A program made the position numbers and the translations under genes. Positions 27,582 to 36,377 of a DNA stretch of 64,000 nt are shown here, one piece after another. This DNA is from Vicinamibacteria bacterium (lineage in GTDB: Bacteria; Acidobacteriota; Vicinamibacteria; Marinacidobacterales; Marinacidobacteraceae), in contig OY821641.1 in the NCBI GenBank assembly GCA_963555995.3, positions 1,280,001-1,344,000 of the forward strand, written 5' to 3'. The notes beneath the pieces were generated by a model. The model was not told the origin of the DNA and made no database searches. It worked only from the letters and a program-made list of their open reading frames with translations. Within the stretch, counting starts at the first letter, position 1. Every line of letters starts with the position of its first letter.

Positions 27582-29999
27582 CTACGGATTCAGCAGCAGG
27601 CGGTGTTCCGTTACCGACTCCACCTTGGCGCGGGTGTAGGCGAGCGGGAAGTACTGGTTGCGGACCCAGAGTTCGAAGAGGTCGCGGTAGTGCGGGCTCA
27701 TCGGGTCGCCGGACTGGCCGGGGGTGCTGGTCGCGATCGAGTTGTCCCAGTTCGACGGGTCCAGGATGACGCGGAAGCTGCCCCCGGAGCGCTGGTTGTC
27801 GCCGCCCCCCGTGTTGTTCACCGTGGACTCGTAGCCGCCCCGCGGGTAGGGACCGACCTCGAGGAGCTGGCGGGTCTCCTCGTTCACCGCCTGCGCCATG
27901 TAGTGGGTGATGTGGACGTGTTTCATGGCCTCCTGTCCGTAGCGCCAGTTCGCCATGTCCGCGCCGAGACGGTCGGTGACGTCCTGAACTCCGTCGGCGA
28001 ACGCCTGCACCAGCAACGCGTCCCGCGCCGTGATCGGGTCGTCCCCGAACTGGCCGAGGGGCGCCATCAGGTGGTCGAGCATGCGCTTCTTGTTCACCCC
28101 CCGGACCAGTCCGCGGGCGGCCTCGGGAATGAAGAGCTCGCGCATCGCCTCGGAGACCCGCCGCTCGAAGTGGAGATAGATGGTGGCCGCGACCGAGTCC
28201 TTGTCCATGACGAAGTCCCAGTCGGCGAGGGCGGCCTTCGCCGCGCTCTGGGGCGGCTCCGCCTGCATCAGCAGCGGCACCAGGTTCCGGGCGACCACGC
28301 TGAGTTCGTCGTGCTGGTAGTCCATCATGTCCTGGACGGTGTGGCGCCGGCCGTTGCGCATCAGTTCGTCCACCCGGAGACCGCGCATCTCGTCGCCCCA
28401 GGTGAAGTGGAGCGCCTCGGGGTGGGGGTAATGGGATGCCACGGCGGGCGCCATCAGGTTGTTCGCGGTGCCCCAGAAGCCCTTTTCGGGGTTCTTGACG
28501 GCGGGCAGCGCCTTGATCGGCAGGTATCCCTGCCACTCGTAGCGGCCGTCGCCGGGGACGGGGACGAGTCCGCTCCAGTTCGCGTTCCGGATCGGGGAGA
28601 CGCCGACCGCCTGGTAGCCGATGTTCCCGTCCACGTCGCCCCAGATCATGTTCTCGGCGGGGATGCCGCTGTAGTTGCAGGCCTCCACGAACTCCTCCCA
28701 GGTCTGGGCCTGGTCCATCCGCAGGCTGGCGAGGTAGGGAGAGTTCCCGATCTCGAGCCAGGCGGCGCGGAGCGCGTAGGCCTTGTTGTTTTCGGTGTCC
28801 TCGTAGACCACCGGGCCGTGGCGCGTGTACTTGAGCGTCGCCTCGTGGTCCGCCGCCCCCTTGACCTCGATGGTCTCGGTGCGGACGGTCATGGACTCCC
28901 ACTCGCCGAGGTAGCGGTACTGGTTCGGGTTGGCGGGATTCGTGTCATAGACCATCAGGTCCTCGTTGTCCTGCCCGAAGACGGTCAGGCCCCAGCCGCC
29001 CTTCTCGTTGTGGCCGATGGAGAGGCCGGGGAGGACCGGCTCGCCGCCGCCGATGACGTCCCAGCCCGGCGCCTTCAGGTGCACGAAGTAGCGGAGCGAG
29101 GGCGCCACGATGGTGCGGTGCGGGTCGTTCACGATGAGCGGCAGCCCGGTCCAGGTCCGCTCGCCGTGCGCCACCCAGTTGTTCGAGCCGATGTGTTCCC
29201 CGAGATCCACCATCGTCAGTTCGGAGGGGATTTCCCGGAGGAGCGCCAGCCGTTCGGCGTCCCGGTTCCGGTATTCGGCGGCGATCTGTTCGGGCTGGAA
29301 CACCACCGGACCGCGGAACGCGCGGTAGATGTCGAGGATCTCGGGCTTGAGCAGCGATCCGTCGATCGCCGGATCGAGTTCGAGCTGGGGCACGCCCGGC
29401 CGGAACCAGTCGATCTCCATGAGCGTTTCGGCGCCCACGGCGGCGACCGCCATCCCGTAGTTGAGTTCCTGGTTCACGTTGGAGAGGAGCCCCTGGTGGC
29501 GGGAGATCACCACCTCCTCGGTCCAGGGCTCGGGAAGGATGCCGAGCAGGCGGAACTCGAGGGGCAGGGAGTCCGGGTCCTGCCGGCCGCGTTCCACGGC
29601 GGCGTTGATGCCGCGCACGAAGGCCGGGATGATCTGGTCCCCGCGCGGGTGGTACCACCGCATCTCCTCGCCCATGTCCTTGCGGAACATGTGGAGGCGG
29701 GTGCCGATGTCGCGCTGGAGCTCGGACGGGCCGAGGATGGCCGCCACGGTCCCGGTGGCCTGCCGCCGCCACATCTCGAACTGGAACAGGCGGCTCTCGG
29801 CGGCGCGGTAGCCCTGGACGAAGAAGAGGTCGTCCTCGTTCCCGGCGTAGATGTGGTCGAGTCCCCAGCGGTCGGTGAGGACCTCGACCGGGGCGCTCAG
29901 GCCGTCCACCTGGCGGGTTTCGTCCTGGGCCGCGGCCAGGGAGGCGAGAAGCGCGCCGGCGATCAGCAGCCGGAAAACGCGGACGGCGGGAAGACGCAT
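27582..29999 (-). CDS. Penicillin acylase family Ntn-hydrolase (S45)
   Basis: Signal peptide; DRWGLDHIYA, GSNNW, NDPH, PGQSGDPMSPHY. Confidence 0.93.
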   Translation of the reverse strand: MRLPAVRVFRLLIAGALLASLAAAQDETRQVDGLSAPVEVLTDRWGLDHIYAGNEDDLFFVQGYRAAESRLFQFEMWRRQATGTVAAILGPSELQRDIGTRLHMFRKDMGEEMRWYHPRGDQIIPAFVRGINAAVERGRQDPDSLPLEFRLLGILPEPWTEEVVISRHQGLLSNVNQELNYGMAVAAVGAETLMEIDWFRPGVPQLELDPAIDGSLLKPEILDIYRAFRGPVVFQPEQIAAEYRNRDAERLALLREIPSELTMVDLGEHIGSNNWVAHGERTWTGLPLIVNDPHRTIVAPSLRYFVHLKAPGWDVIGGGEPVLPGLSIGHNEKGGWGLTVFGQDNEDLMVYDTNPANPNQYRYLGEWESMTVRTETIEVKGAADHEATLKYTRHGPVVYEDTENNKAYALRAAWLEIGNSPYLASLRMDQAQTWEEFVEACNYSGIPAENMIWGDVDGNIGYQAVGVSPIRNANWSGLVPVPGDGRYEWQGYLPIKALPAVKNPEKGFWGTANNLMAPAVASHYPHPEALHFTWGDEMRGLRVDELMRNGRRHTVQDMMDYQHDELSVVARNLVPLLMQAEPPQSAAKAALADWDFVMDKDSVAATIYLHFERRVSEAMRELFIPEAARGLVRGVNKKRMLDHLMAPLGQFGDDPITARDALLVQAFADGVQDVTDRLGADMANWRYGQEAMKHVHITHYMAQAVNEETRQLLEVGPYPRGGYESTVNNTGGGDNQRSGGSFRVILDPSNWDNSIATSTPGQSGDPMSPHYRDLFELWVRNQYFPLAYTRAKVESVTEHRLLLNP

Positions 30000-30098
30000 G
30001 GCGTGACTCCTTGGGGTGGGTTTCGAGTGGAGCCGATGATACGGGAGAGCGCCATTTTTCCTGCCGGAACGGCCATCGTCGCTGATACCGTGCGGTCC

Positions 30099-31310
30099 AT
30101 GCCGGGGCGTTTCCGCCGTCTCCCCTCGCTCGGCAACCTCATGCTGCTCGGGATGGGCGTGGGCGTCGTCCTGGGCCTCGTCTTCGGGGAGGACGCGGCC
30201 CGCGCGGCCTTCCTCGGAGACATCTTCATCCGGCTGCTGACCCTGGTCGCGGTGCCGCTCGTCTTCTTCAACCTGATCTCGGCGCTTGCCTCCTCGGGCG
30301 CGTCCGGCGGGGTGAGCCGGCTGATGGTCCGCATCGGGACGTTCTTCCTGGTCACGACGGTGGCGGCGCAGGTGATTTCCCTCGTCGTGATCGGCCTCAT
30401 GCAGCCGGGCGCCGGGCTCGCGTCCGCCGCCGGGGCCGGCGGCGAGGGCCCGACCGCCACCCCCGGCTTCCAGGACTTCCTGTTCACCCTGGTGCCGGAC
30501 AACGCGCTCGGGATCTTCGTGGACGGCCGGGTCACGGCGGTGGTCGTGCTCGGGCTGATGGTCGGGTTCGCCGCCTGGGGTCTCGACGGGGAACGCCGGG
30601 CCGACGTGGTCCGGTTCTTTGCCTCCGGGACCGCGCTCCTCCGGCAGTTGGTCGCGGGCGTCCTCTGGTTCGGGCCGGTCGGCGTGGCGGCGCTCGCCGC
30701 CGCCAGCGTCGGTGAATACGGAAGCTCGGTCTTCGGCCCGCTGGGTGTGTATATTGCGGCCGTCTGGGTCGCGGACGCCGCGATCTTCGGCCTGTATTTC
30801 GCCGCCCTGCACTTCCTGGCGGCGACTTCCCCGCTGTCGTTCGTCCGGCGAACGGCGACCGTGTGGACGACCACGGTCTCCACCTGCAGCAGTCTCGCGA
30901 GCCTCGGCGCCTCGCTGAACGCCGCCGAGAAGATGGGGTTGCCCCGCTCGACCTATGCCCTCACCCTGCCGCTCGGCGCCCAGTTCAACAAGGACGGCAG
31001 CGCCGTCCTGCTGGCCGGGATCGTCCTGTTCACCGCCCAGGCGACCGGGGTGTCGTTCGGAGCGGGGGAACTGCTGCTGGTGATCGCCATGGGCGCCCTG
31101 TTTTCGGCCGCCGCTCCCGGAGTTCCGAACGGTGGACTCGTGAACCAGTTCCTGCTGCTCCGCGCCTTCGGCCTGCCGGTCGAGATCGGGGTGCTGGTGG
31201 CCGGCATCTATCGGCTCGTGGACATGCCCACCACGACGGCCAACATCATGGGTGACCTCGTGGGGACGATGGTCGTCACTGATCGGGAGGAATCTGTTGA
31301 CCCAGCCTGA
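30099..31310 (+). CDS. Dicarboxylate/amino acid:cation symporter (DAACS)
   Basis: FLGDIFIRLL, STCSSLASL, LPLGAQFNKDG, YRLVDM..T.ANIMGD. Confidence 0.9.
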   Translation: MPGRFRRLPSLGNLMLLGMGVGVVLGLVFGEDAARAAFLGDIFIRLLTLVAVPLVFFNLISALASSGASGGVSRLMVRIGTFFLVTTVAAQVISLVVIGLMQPGAGLASAAGAGGEGPTATPGFQDFLFTLVPDNALGIFVDGRVTAVVVLGLMVGFAAWGLDGERRADVVRFFASGTALLRQLVAGVLWFGPVGVAALAAASVGEYGSSVFGPLGVYIAAVWVADAAIFGLYFAALHFLAATSPLSFVRRTATVWTTTVSTCSSLASLGASLNAAEKMGLPRSTYALTLPLGAQFNKDGSAVLLAGIVLFTAQATGVSFGAGELLLVIAMGALFSAAAPGVPNGGLVNQFLLLRAFGLPVEIGVLVAGIYRLVDMPTTTANIMGDLVGTMVVTDREESVDPA

Positions 31311-32514
31311 AACCGAATCCATCCGGGCGGCCCGCGCGCTCTTTCCGGGAGCGGCGCGGCGTCCCTATCTGAACGTCTCGGTGCGCAGCCTGCTTGCCCA
31401 GCCCGTCCGGGAGGCGTGCGACGTGTATCTCGACGGCGCCATGGAGGGAGGGCCCGCCAAGGAGACGCTCTTCCAGACCGTGGAACGGGGCCGCGGCCGT
31501 TTCGCCCGCTGGATCGGCGCGGAGCCCGACGAGGTGGCCTGGACCCGGAACGTGACCGACGGGATGAACCTCTTCCTGGGGTCGCTGGATTGGCGGCCCG
31601 GCGACGAGGTGGTCTATTGCCCGGACCTGGAGCATCCGGCGAACGTGCTGCCCTGGAGGAACCTCGCCCTGCGCCGGGGGGTGGGTCTGCGCGCGGTGCC
31701 CTCGACCGGCGGCCGGCTGCCCGCCGTGCGCATGGCGGAAGCGGTGGGTCCGCGCACCCGCGTCATCGCCGCCGCCACGGTGACCTATTCCCCGGGACTG
31801 ATCGCGGACCTGACGCCGCTCCGGGAGGCGCGGGACGCGCACGGCGCCGTGCTGGTCGTGGACGGTGCGCAGTCCGTGGGGGTGCTCCCGACCGACGTGG
31901 AGGCGATGGGGGCCGACGTGCTGGCGGTGGCCACCCAGAAGGCGCTCTGCGCGTTCTACGGCGCGGGGTTCCTCTACTGCCGGCGGGGGCTCGCCGAGGC
32001 GCTCGCCCCGGCCGCGCTCGGCCGGGAGGGCGTCGTCGCGCCCGACCCCCGCGCCTCCGAGACCTCGCTCCCCGGCGCCGACCTGGTGTACGCGCCGGGC
32101 GCCCGCCGCTTCGATCTCGGCAACTACAACTACCTCGGCTCGGTCGCGGCGGAGCGCGCGCTCGCCATGCTGGAGAGGTTCGGGGCGGCGGCGATCGAGG
32201 CGCACAGCCGGGGGCTCGCGCGGCGCCTCGCCGAGGGGCTGGACGCCTTGGGGCTGCCGCTGAGCGGCGGGGCGCCGGGCAACGATCTCGGGCACATCGT
32301 GAGCGTCGGGAGGCTCGGCCGGCAGGGCGTGCGCACCGCCGGGGACCCCGCGCTCGCCGCCCTCTCCGACCGCCTGACGGCCGCCGGCGTCGTGCATTCG
32401 GTGCGGCGCGCGGCGCTCCGGCTGTCGTGTTTCCTCTACAACGACGAGGCGGACGTGGACCGGGTCATCGAGGTCGCGCGGGCGTGGCGCCGGGACTTTC
32501 CCCGCGCGGCCTGA
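31297..32514 (+). CDS. Class V PLP-dependent aminotransferase (cysteine desulfurase/lyase-like)
   Basis: EHPAN, VDGAQSVG, ATQKAL (PLP Lys), RLS..LYN; TTG start after GGAGG. Confidence 0.88.
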   Translation: MTQPETESIRAARALFPGAARRPYLNVSVRSLLAQPVREACDVYLDGAMEGGPAKETLFQTVERGRGRFARWIGAEPDEVAWTRNVTDGMNLFLGSLDWRPGDEVVYCPDLEHPANVLPWRNLALRRGVGLRAVPSTGGRLPAVRMAEAVGPRTRVIAAATVTYSPGLIADLTPLREARDAHGAVLVVDGAQSVGVLPTDVEAMGADVLAVATQKALCAFYGAGFLYCRRGLAEALAPAALGREGVVAPDPRASETSLPGADLVYAPGARRFDLGNYNYLGSVAAERALAMLERFGAAAIEAHSRGLARRLAEGLDALGLPLSGGAPGNDLGHIVSVGRLGRQGVRTAGDPALAALSDRLTAAGVVHSVRRAALRLSCFLYNDEADVDRVIEVARAWRRDFPRAA

Positions 32515-32543
32515 ACCGGCGTACCATTCCCGCAGGATTCACC

Positions 32544-32565
32544 GGGGACGCCGCGCGGCGTCCCC
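32544..32565. terminator. GC-rich hairpin, possible terminator
   Basis: GGGGACGCCG-cg-CGGCGTCCCC; no U-tract. Confidence 0.35.
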
Positions 32566-32589
32566 CTCGTCAAGAACGGAGAACGACCC

Positions 32590-33087
32590 ATGACCCGTAT
32601 CGCTTCCTTCACCCTCGCCGCCCTTGCGGTCGCGGCGCTGGCCTTCGCGCACCCCCACTTCAACAAGACCGTCTCGACCACGATCGGCGAGACGGAGGTC
32701 TCGGTGTCCTACAACTCCACCGACGCCAACATGGAGCGGGTGGCCGCCGTCGAGGCCGGGACCTTCGTGAGCCCGCGCGGCCCGCGCCTGAACCTGTCCG
32801 CCGACGTCATGGCGGGCGACACGACCATCGCCGCCGGGGAGTACACCATCGGGGTCGTCAAGGGCGACGACGGTTCCTGGACCATGGCGCTCCACGAGGG
32901 CCGGATCCCGCGCGGCGAGATGCCCGACATGGGGAAGGTCACGAAGCTGGACTCGCGCTACTCGGACCAGATGGGCACCGCCGACCACATGCTGATTGAC
33001 ATCACGGCGGGCTCCGGCGACTTCGCCGGGAAGCCGGTGCTGACCATCCACTTCGGCAACATGCACCTCCAGGCGGCCATCGGGTAA
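32590..33087 (+). CDS. Secreted protein, DUF2911-like
   Basis: Signal peptide; VSVSY..., IAAGEYTI...WTM, LTIHFG. Confidence 0.6.
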   Translation: MTRIASFTLAALAVAALAFAHPHFNKTVSTTIGETEVSVSYNSTDANMERVAAVEAGTFVSPRGPRLNLSADVMAGDTTIAAGEYTIGVVKGDDGSWTMALHEGRIPRGEMPDMGKVTKLDSRYSDQMGTADHMLIDITAGSGDFAGKPVLTIHFGNMHLQAAIG

Positions 33088-33115
33088 CGGCGACCGCTCC
33101 ACGGCAGATCTCGCC

Positions 33116-33685
33116 GTGCTCCGCGTCGTCACGGAAGCCGACGCCAGTCGCCGCGCCTGGCAAGCTTTCCGCGAATCTCTCGTGGTGGATGCTGTGTCCA
33201 TTCCCGATTGTGAAATCGGCTGGCAAGGAGGAGGCGTTCGCCTTGACGTCCACTGGAATGCACGGACGGGAATATGGAGTGGTTTCCGCGAGTCACCTCC
33301 GAGGGAAGGAGGCCGCTTCTGGAACTGCTTCGGCGTCTCCAAGCCACATCCAAGCGTGTCGCCGAACATCACGGTCGAACTCAATCCTCCACATTTCGGT
33401 GTCAACGGTCGGACTGCGGGAGTATTCCTCCAAGACCGGACAGACACGCTCTACGTTGGTCATTCGGGCAGGATCGGAGGAGGCCGCGCCGGCATCGGCC
33501 TCAAGGCGTTCCGGGCGTGGAGCCCTCAATTAGGGTGGGAGCAGGTTCGGACCCCGACTGGCCACAGGGAGGTCGTAGTGTTAGGCCCTCTCGCACATGC
33601 CGGATTCCCCGAGAGGTTCGGCTTGTTTGTGCATGCTGTGGACGCTTTCAAGGCCGAAGTCGTGCGCGATCGTGGAATCTGGTAG
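33116..33685 (+). CDS. Hypothetical protein in the lower-GC islet
   Basis: 189 aa; atypical codon usage; FWNCFG, ITVELNPP, VGHSGRIGGG motifs. Confidence 0.6.
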   Translation: MLRVVTEADASRRAWQAFRESLVVDAVSIPDCEIGWQGGGVRLDVHWNARTGIWSGFRESPPREGGRFWNCFGVSKPHPSVSPNITVELNPPHFGVNGRTAGVFLQDRTDTLYVGHSGRIGGGRAGIGLKAFRAWSPQLGWEQVRTPTGHREVVVLGPLAHAGFPERFGLFVHAVDAFKAEVVRDRGIW

Positions 33686-33822
33686 CGCTGTCTTGGAGCA
33701 CCGCTCGCACTCGACCAGTGGCTGCGCGGGCGCGGAGCGGTGCTCGTGCGCACCCGGCGGCGAGCGGTTGAGTCACGGCGGATCGCCGGCAGCGTCCTTA
33801 CTTCCAGATCGCACGCGTCCCG

Positions 33823-34170
33823 CTACGCACGGGATCGGTGACTTGCGGTTTCCCGGCGCTGGGCAGCCTCTAGCGCGCGTTCGAAACTGACCAGCCGGCG
33901 GATCAGGGCGTTGTACTGCGAGTACGCGTCGGCCCCACCACGGGAACGCAGGGCGGCGTAGAGAGCCAACTCCGGCGCCTCGGTTTCGCCGGCTGCATCC
34001 GGGATATCCAGCCCGGCGAGGCGCAAACGCGGCGCGCCGACGGCGACGAGGAGCGCGTCGACGGTGAAATCGCGGCGCCGCAGCGCGGCGATGCCGGCGG
34101 CTACCAGATCCGCCCCCGGCAGGTTCGGCGGGACCACCGCCGCCGGTGTGCTCCCCTCGGCGCGGATCAT
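33823..34170 (-). CDS. Small helical partner of the DUF6036-like nucleotidyltransferase
   Basis: LPGADLV..GI..L...ALLVAVGAPRL...AYSQYNALIRRLVSFERALE; ATGA overlap with the upstream gene. Confidence 0.7.
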   Translation of the reverse strand: MIRAEGSTPAAVVPPNLPGADLVAAGIAALRRRDFTVDALLVAVGAPRLRLAGLDIPDAAGETEAPELALYAALRSRGGADAYSQYNALIRRLVSFERALEAAQRRETASHRSRA

Positions 34171-34712
34171 GGACTCGCGGCCTCCAGGGCCTTGAGCGCC
34201 TTGGCCACCCGATCTCGGAAGGAAGCGGGGTCAATGGCCGGATAGCGCGAGAAACCGGGCTCCAGAGCGTCGAACAGTTGCGACAGTCGGCCGGCTTCGA
34301 TCAGCTTCAGTCGCCGCATCGCCTCAACGTCCTGCAAGTCCTGAGTGTGACCCCGCTCGATCTTGGCGAGCGCTTGAGCATGAAAGTCGTAGTGCAGGAA
34401 AGCGACCGGACCGTGCCGGACGATGAAGACGCTGCGTCTCCGCCATTCGGGCAGAGCGGGAATAAAGTCGTCGGGGGCGGCTAACTCGACGTTCATGTCC
34501 AACGCTTCCTTCGCGTGCGCAATGGCTTCGAACGCTCCGGGCGGTTCCGGATCGAGCTTGATGTCCACATCCACCGTCGTGCTTCGCCACCCGACAAGCA
34601 CCGCCGAAGCGCCGCCGGTGAGGTAGACGCGCCCGGTGCCTTTCGCTTCGGTGCCCAAGAACCGCATGAACTCTCGCACTTTGGCGGCGTTGCTGGTGCT
34701 TCGAGACATCAT
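34167..34712 (-). CDS. DUF6036-like (AbiEii-related) nucleotidyltransferase
   Basis: VYLTGGASAVLVGWRSTTVDVD (GG...DxD), ALAKIERGH..DL.D. Confidence 0.8.
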   Translation of the reverse strand: MMSRSTSNAAKVREFMRFLGTEAKGTGRVYLTGGASAVLVGWRSTTVDVDIKLDPEPPGAFEAIAHAKEALDMNVELAAPDDFIPALPEWRRRSVFIVRHGPVAFLHYDFHAQALAKIERGHTQDLQDVEAMRRLKLIEAGRLSQLFDALEPGFSRYPAIDPASFRDRVAKALKALEAASP

Positions 34713-34803
34713 CGCTAGTGAGCCTGCCTTGCCCACGAGTATGGCACGGCGACCCAGGGGCGGTGGCGGGCTCGACCGGAGCGGGATAGCATGGGACTCT
34801 GAG

Positions 34804-36342
34804 ATGGCGAGCGGGCGCCCCAATCTGTTCTCTTACGCCACCAAGGAACTCTCGCAGGACGCGATGATCTGTTGGCTCATCGCGTGGTCCGCCGTGGATG
34901 CGTGCGATGAGGAAGAACGGCGACTGCGCGATTGCGGGTGCGAGTTCGTGAAAGCGCTACTTGGCAAACACGGACGGCAGCTCGCCGGGCCAATCCGAAG
35001 CGCCTGCCTCCACCAGCAGGATCACAACATTGATGTCCTCGCGCTGGTCGAGGACCGGAAACGCCAGCATGTCCTGCTCATCGAAGACAAGACCCACACC
35101 GGTGAGCGTAGCGACGCGAAGTTGAAGGGTTATCTCGCAGACGTGCAGGAGGGGCACACCAAGGTTGGTGACATGGCGGGAAAGGACCTGTGCCCGATCT
35201 ATCTGAAGACGGGTAACCAGTCTCGCGCCGCGGACCGGCGAATCGAGGACTCAGGGTACGGGGTTTTTCGGCGCGCTGATTTCCTTGAGGTGCTGGAGAC
35301 GTATCGGGGCAATCATCCGCTCCTGTGCGATTTCAGAGCGCACCTCCGTCACTGGGAGGCGGATTTCCTGTCGTTTCGTGATTGGGAGCGCGGCGGCAAA
35401 GCGGAGTGGAGTTGGGCTGCCTGGGAAGGGTTCTTCGTGGAATGCGAAAAGACTGACCACTTGCGCCGACCGGAGTGGAGTTATGTCGCTCAGAAGGACG
35501 GTGGATTCCTAGCATTCACTTGGGGTTCATCTCGCCTGACAGACGGCGAGGAGGCGTACCTCCAACTTGAAACGGTTCCGCGCCGGCCGAAGCGGACACG
35601 TCTCTGTTTCAGAATCGGGAACTGGCACGTCTCCGGGGCCGATGCGAGAAACGACCGCCTGCACTTCTGGAATCGTTATCTTCTCCGCCGGAGCCGGACA
35701 CTTCGACGTCCCGGGCGCCTCAGGACCGGAGAGTCCATGACGGTCGCGTGGTACGACCCGGAGTGGATGGCTTTCGACAAGAACGGGGCTGTTGATGTCA
35801 CGAGGACAGCCTCCAACTTGAAGATGGCGCAAGAAATCCTCGATGAAGCTGTCGCGCTGAAGGACATTCTGGAGGGTCTCCGCCGGAAGGAGTGGTGGGC
35901 GCGTGCCGAAAGAAGACTCGATTGCGATTACGGCCGTCTCGGTTTCCACGTTCGGGGGACGTGGACCACCGAGGGCTGGAATCCCGGCGTCTTCGTCGGC
36001 GTGCTGCTTGACGGCGAGGATCACGGCATCGAACTGCGTGATCCGGAACGGGGAGACGCCTGCGTGTTGCTCTGCCTCGACGAGAGCCTCCACGGGTCGG
36101 CGAGCGCTGAGGGGGCTTGCGAGGCGCTGGTGGAACACTTGCGACACGCCGACTTGCCCGAGCCCTGGAGAGTCTGCGAAGGGAAGAACCGGTGGCATCC
36201 GGTCCACGTTCTGTGCCCCCTGGGAGAGATGTTCGTGGACAACGCCCCGATCGAGGACAAGGCACAGCGGTTCTATACGGACGCTCACCAAGTGGTGAAG
36301 GCCGTCTTGGCGCATCTGGACCAGCGGACGCCTTGGGGGTGA
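34804..36342 (+). CDS. PD-(D/E)XK nuclease family protein with a long C-terminal extension
   Basis: NLFSYATKELSQDA..CWL, IDVL...LLIEDK catalytic motif, IYLKTG. Confidence 0.8.
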   Translation: MASGRPNLFSYATKELSQDAMICWLIAWSAVDACDEEERRLRDCGCEFVKALLGKHGRQLAGPIRSACLHQQDHNIDVLALVEDRKRQHVLLIEDKTHTGERSDAKLKGYLADVQEGHTKVGDMAGKDLCPIYLKTGNQSRAADRRIEDSGYGVFRRADFLEVLETYRGNHPLLCDFRAHLRHWEADFLSFRDWERGGKAEWSWAAWEGFFVECEKTDHLRRPEWSYVAQKDGGFLAFTWGSSRLTDGEEAYLQLETVPRRPKRTRLCFRIGNWHVSGADARNDRLHFWNRYLLRRSRTLRRPGRLRTGESMTVAWYDPEWMAFDKNGAVDVTRTASNLKMAQEILDEAVALKDILEGLRRKEWWARAERRLDCDYGRLGFHVRGTWTTEGWNPGVFVGVLLDGEDHGIELRDPERGDACVLLCLDESLHGSASAEGACEALVEHLRHADLPEPWRVCEGKNRWHPVHVLCPLGEMFVDNAPIEDKAQRFYTDAHQVVKAVLAHLDQRTPWG

Positions 36343-36377
36343 CAGCGCCGCCGCGGGGTCCTTCCGCCCGCCCGTGC

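Noticed and set aside
27582-31322. 1246-aa and 1235-aa giant ORFs as single fusion proteins
   Set aside because: Each is a real gene (acylase or DAACS transporter) extended by the antisense frame of its divergent neighbour
31297-32514. Selenocysteine lyase linked to the selenoprotein
   Set aside because: Generic class V enzyme 23 kb away; no catalytic Cys loop recognisable
33694-33747. Inverted repeat GAGCACCGCTC...GAGCGGTGCTC as a mobile-element end
   Set aside because: Single short hairpin between convergent genes; more likely a terminator or REP-like remnant
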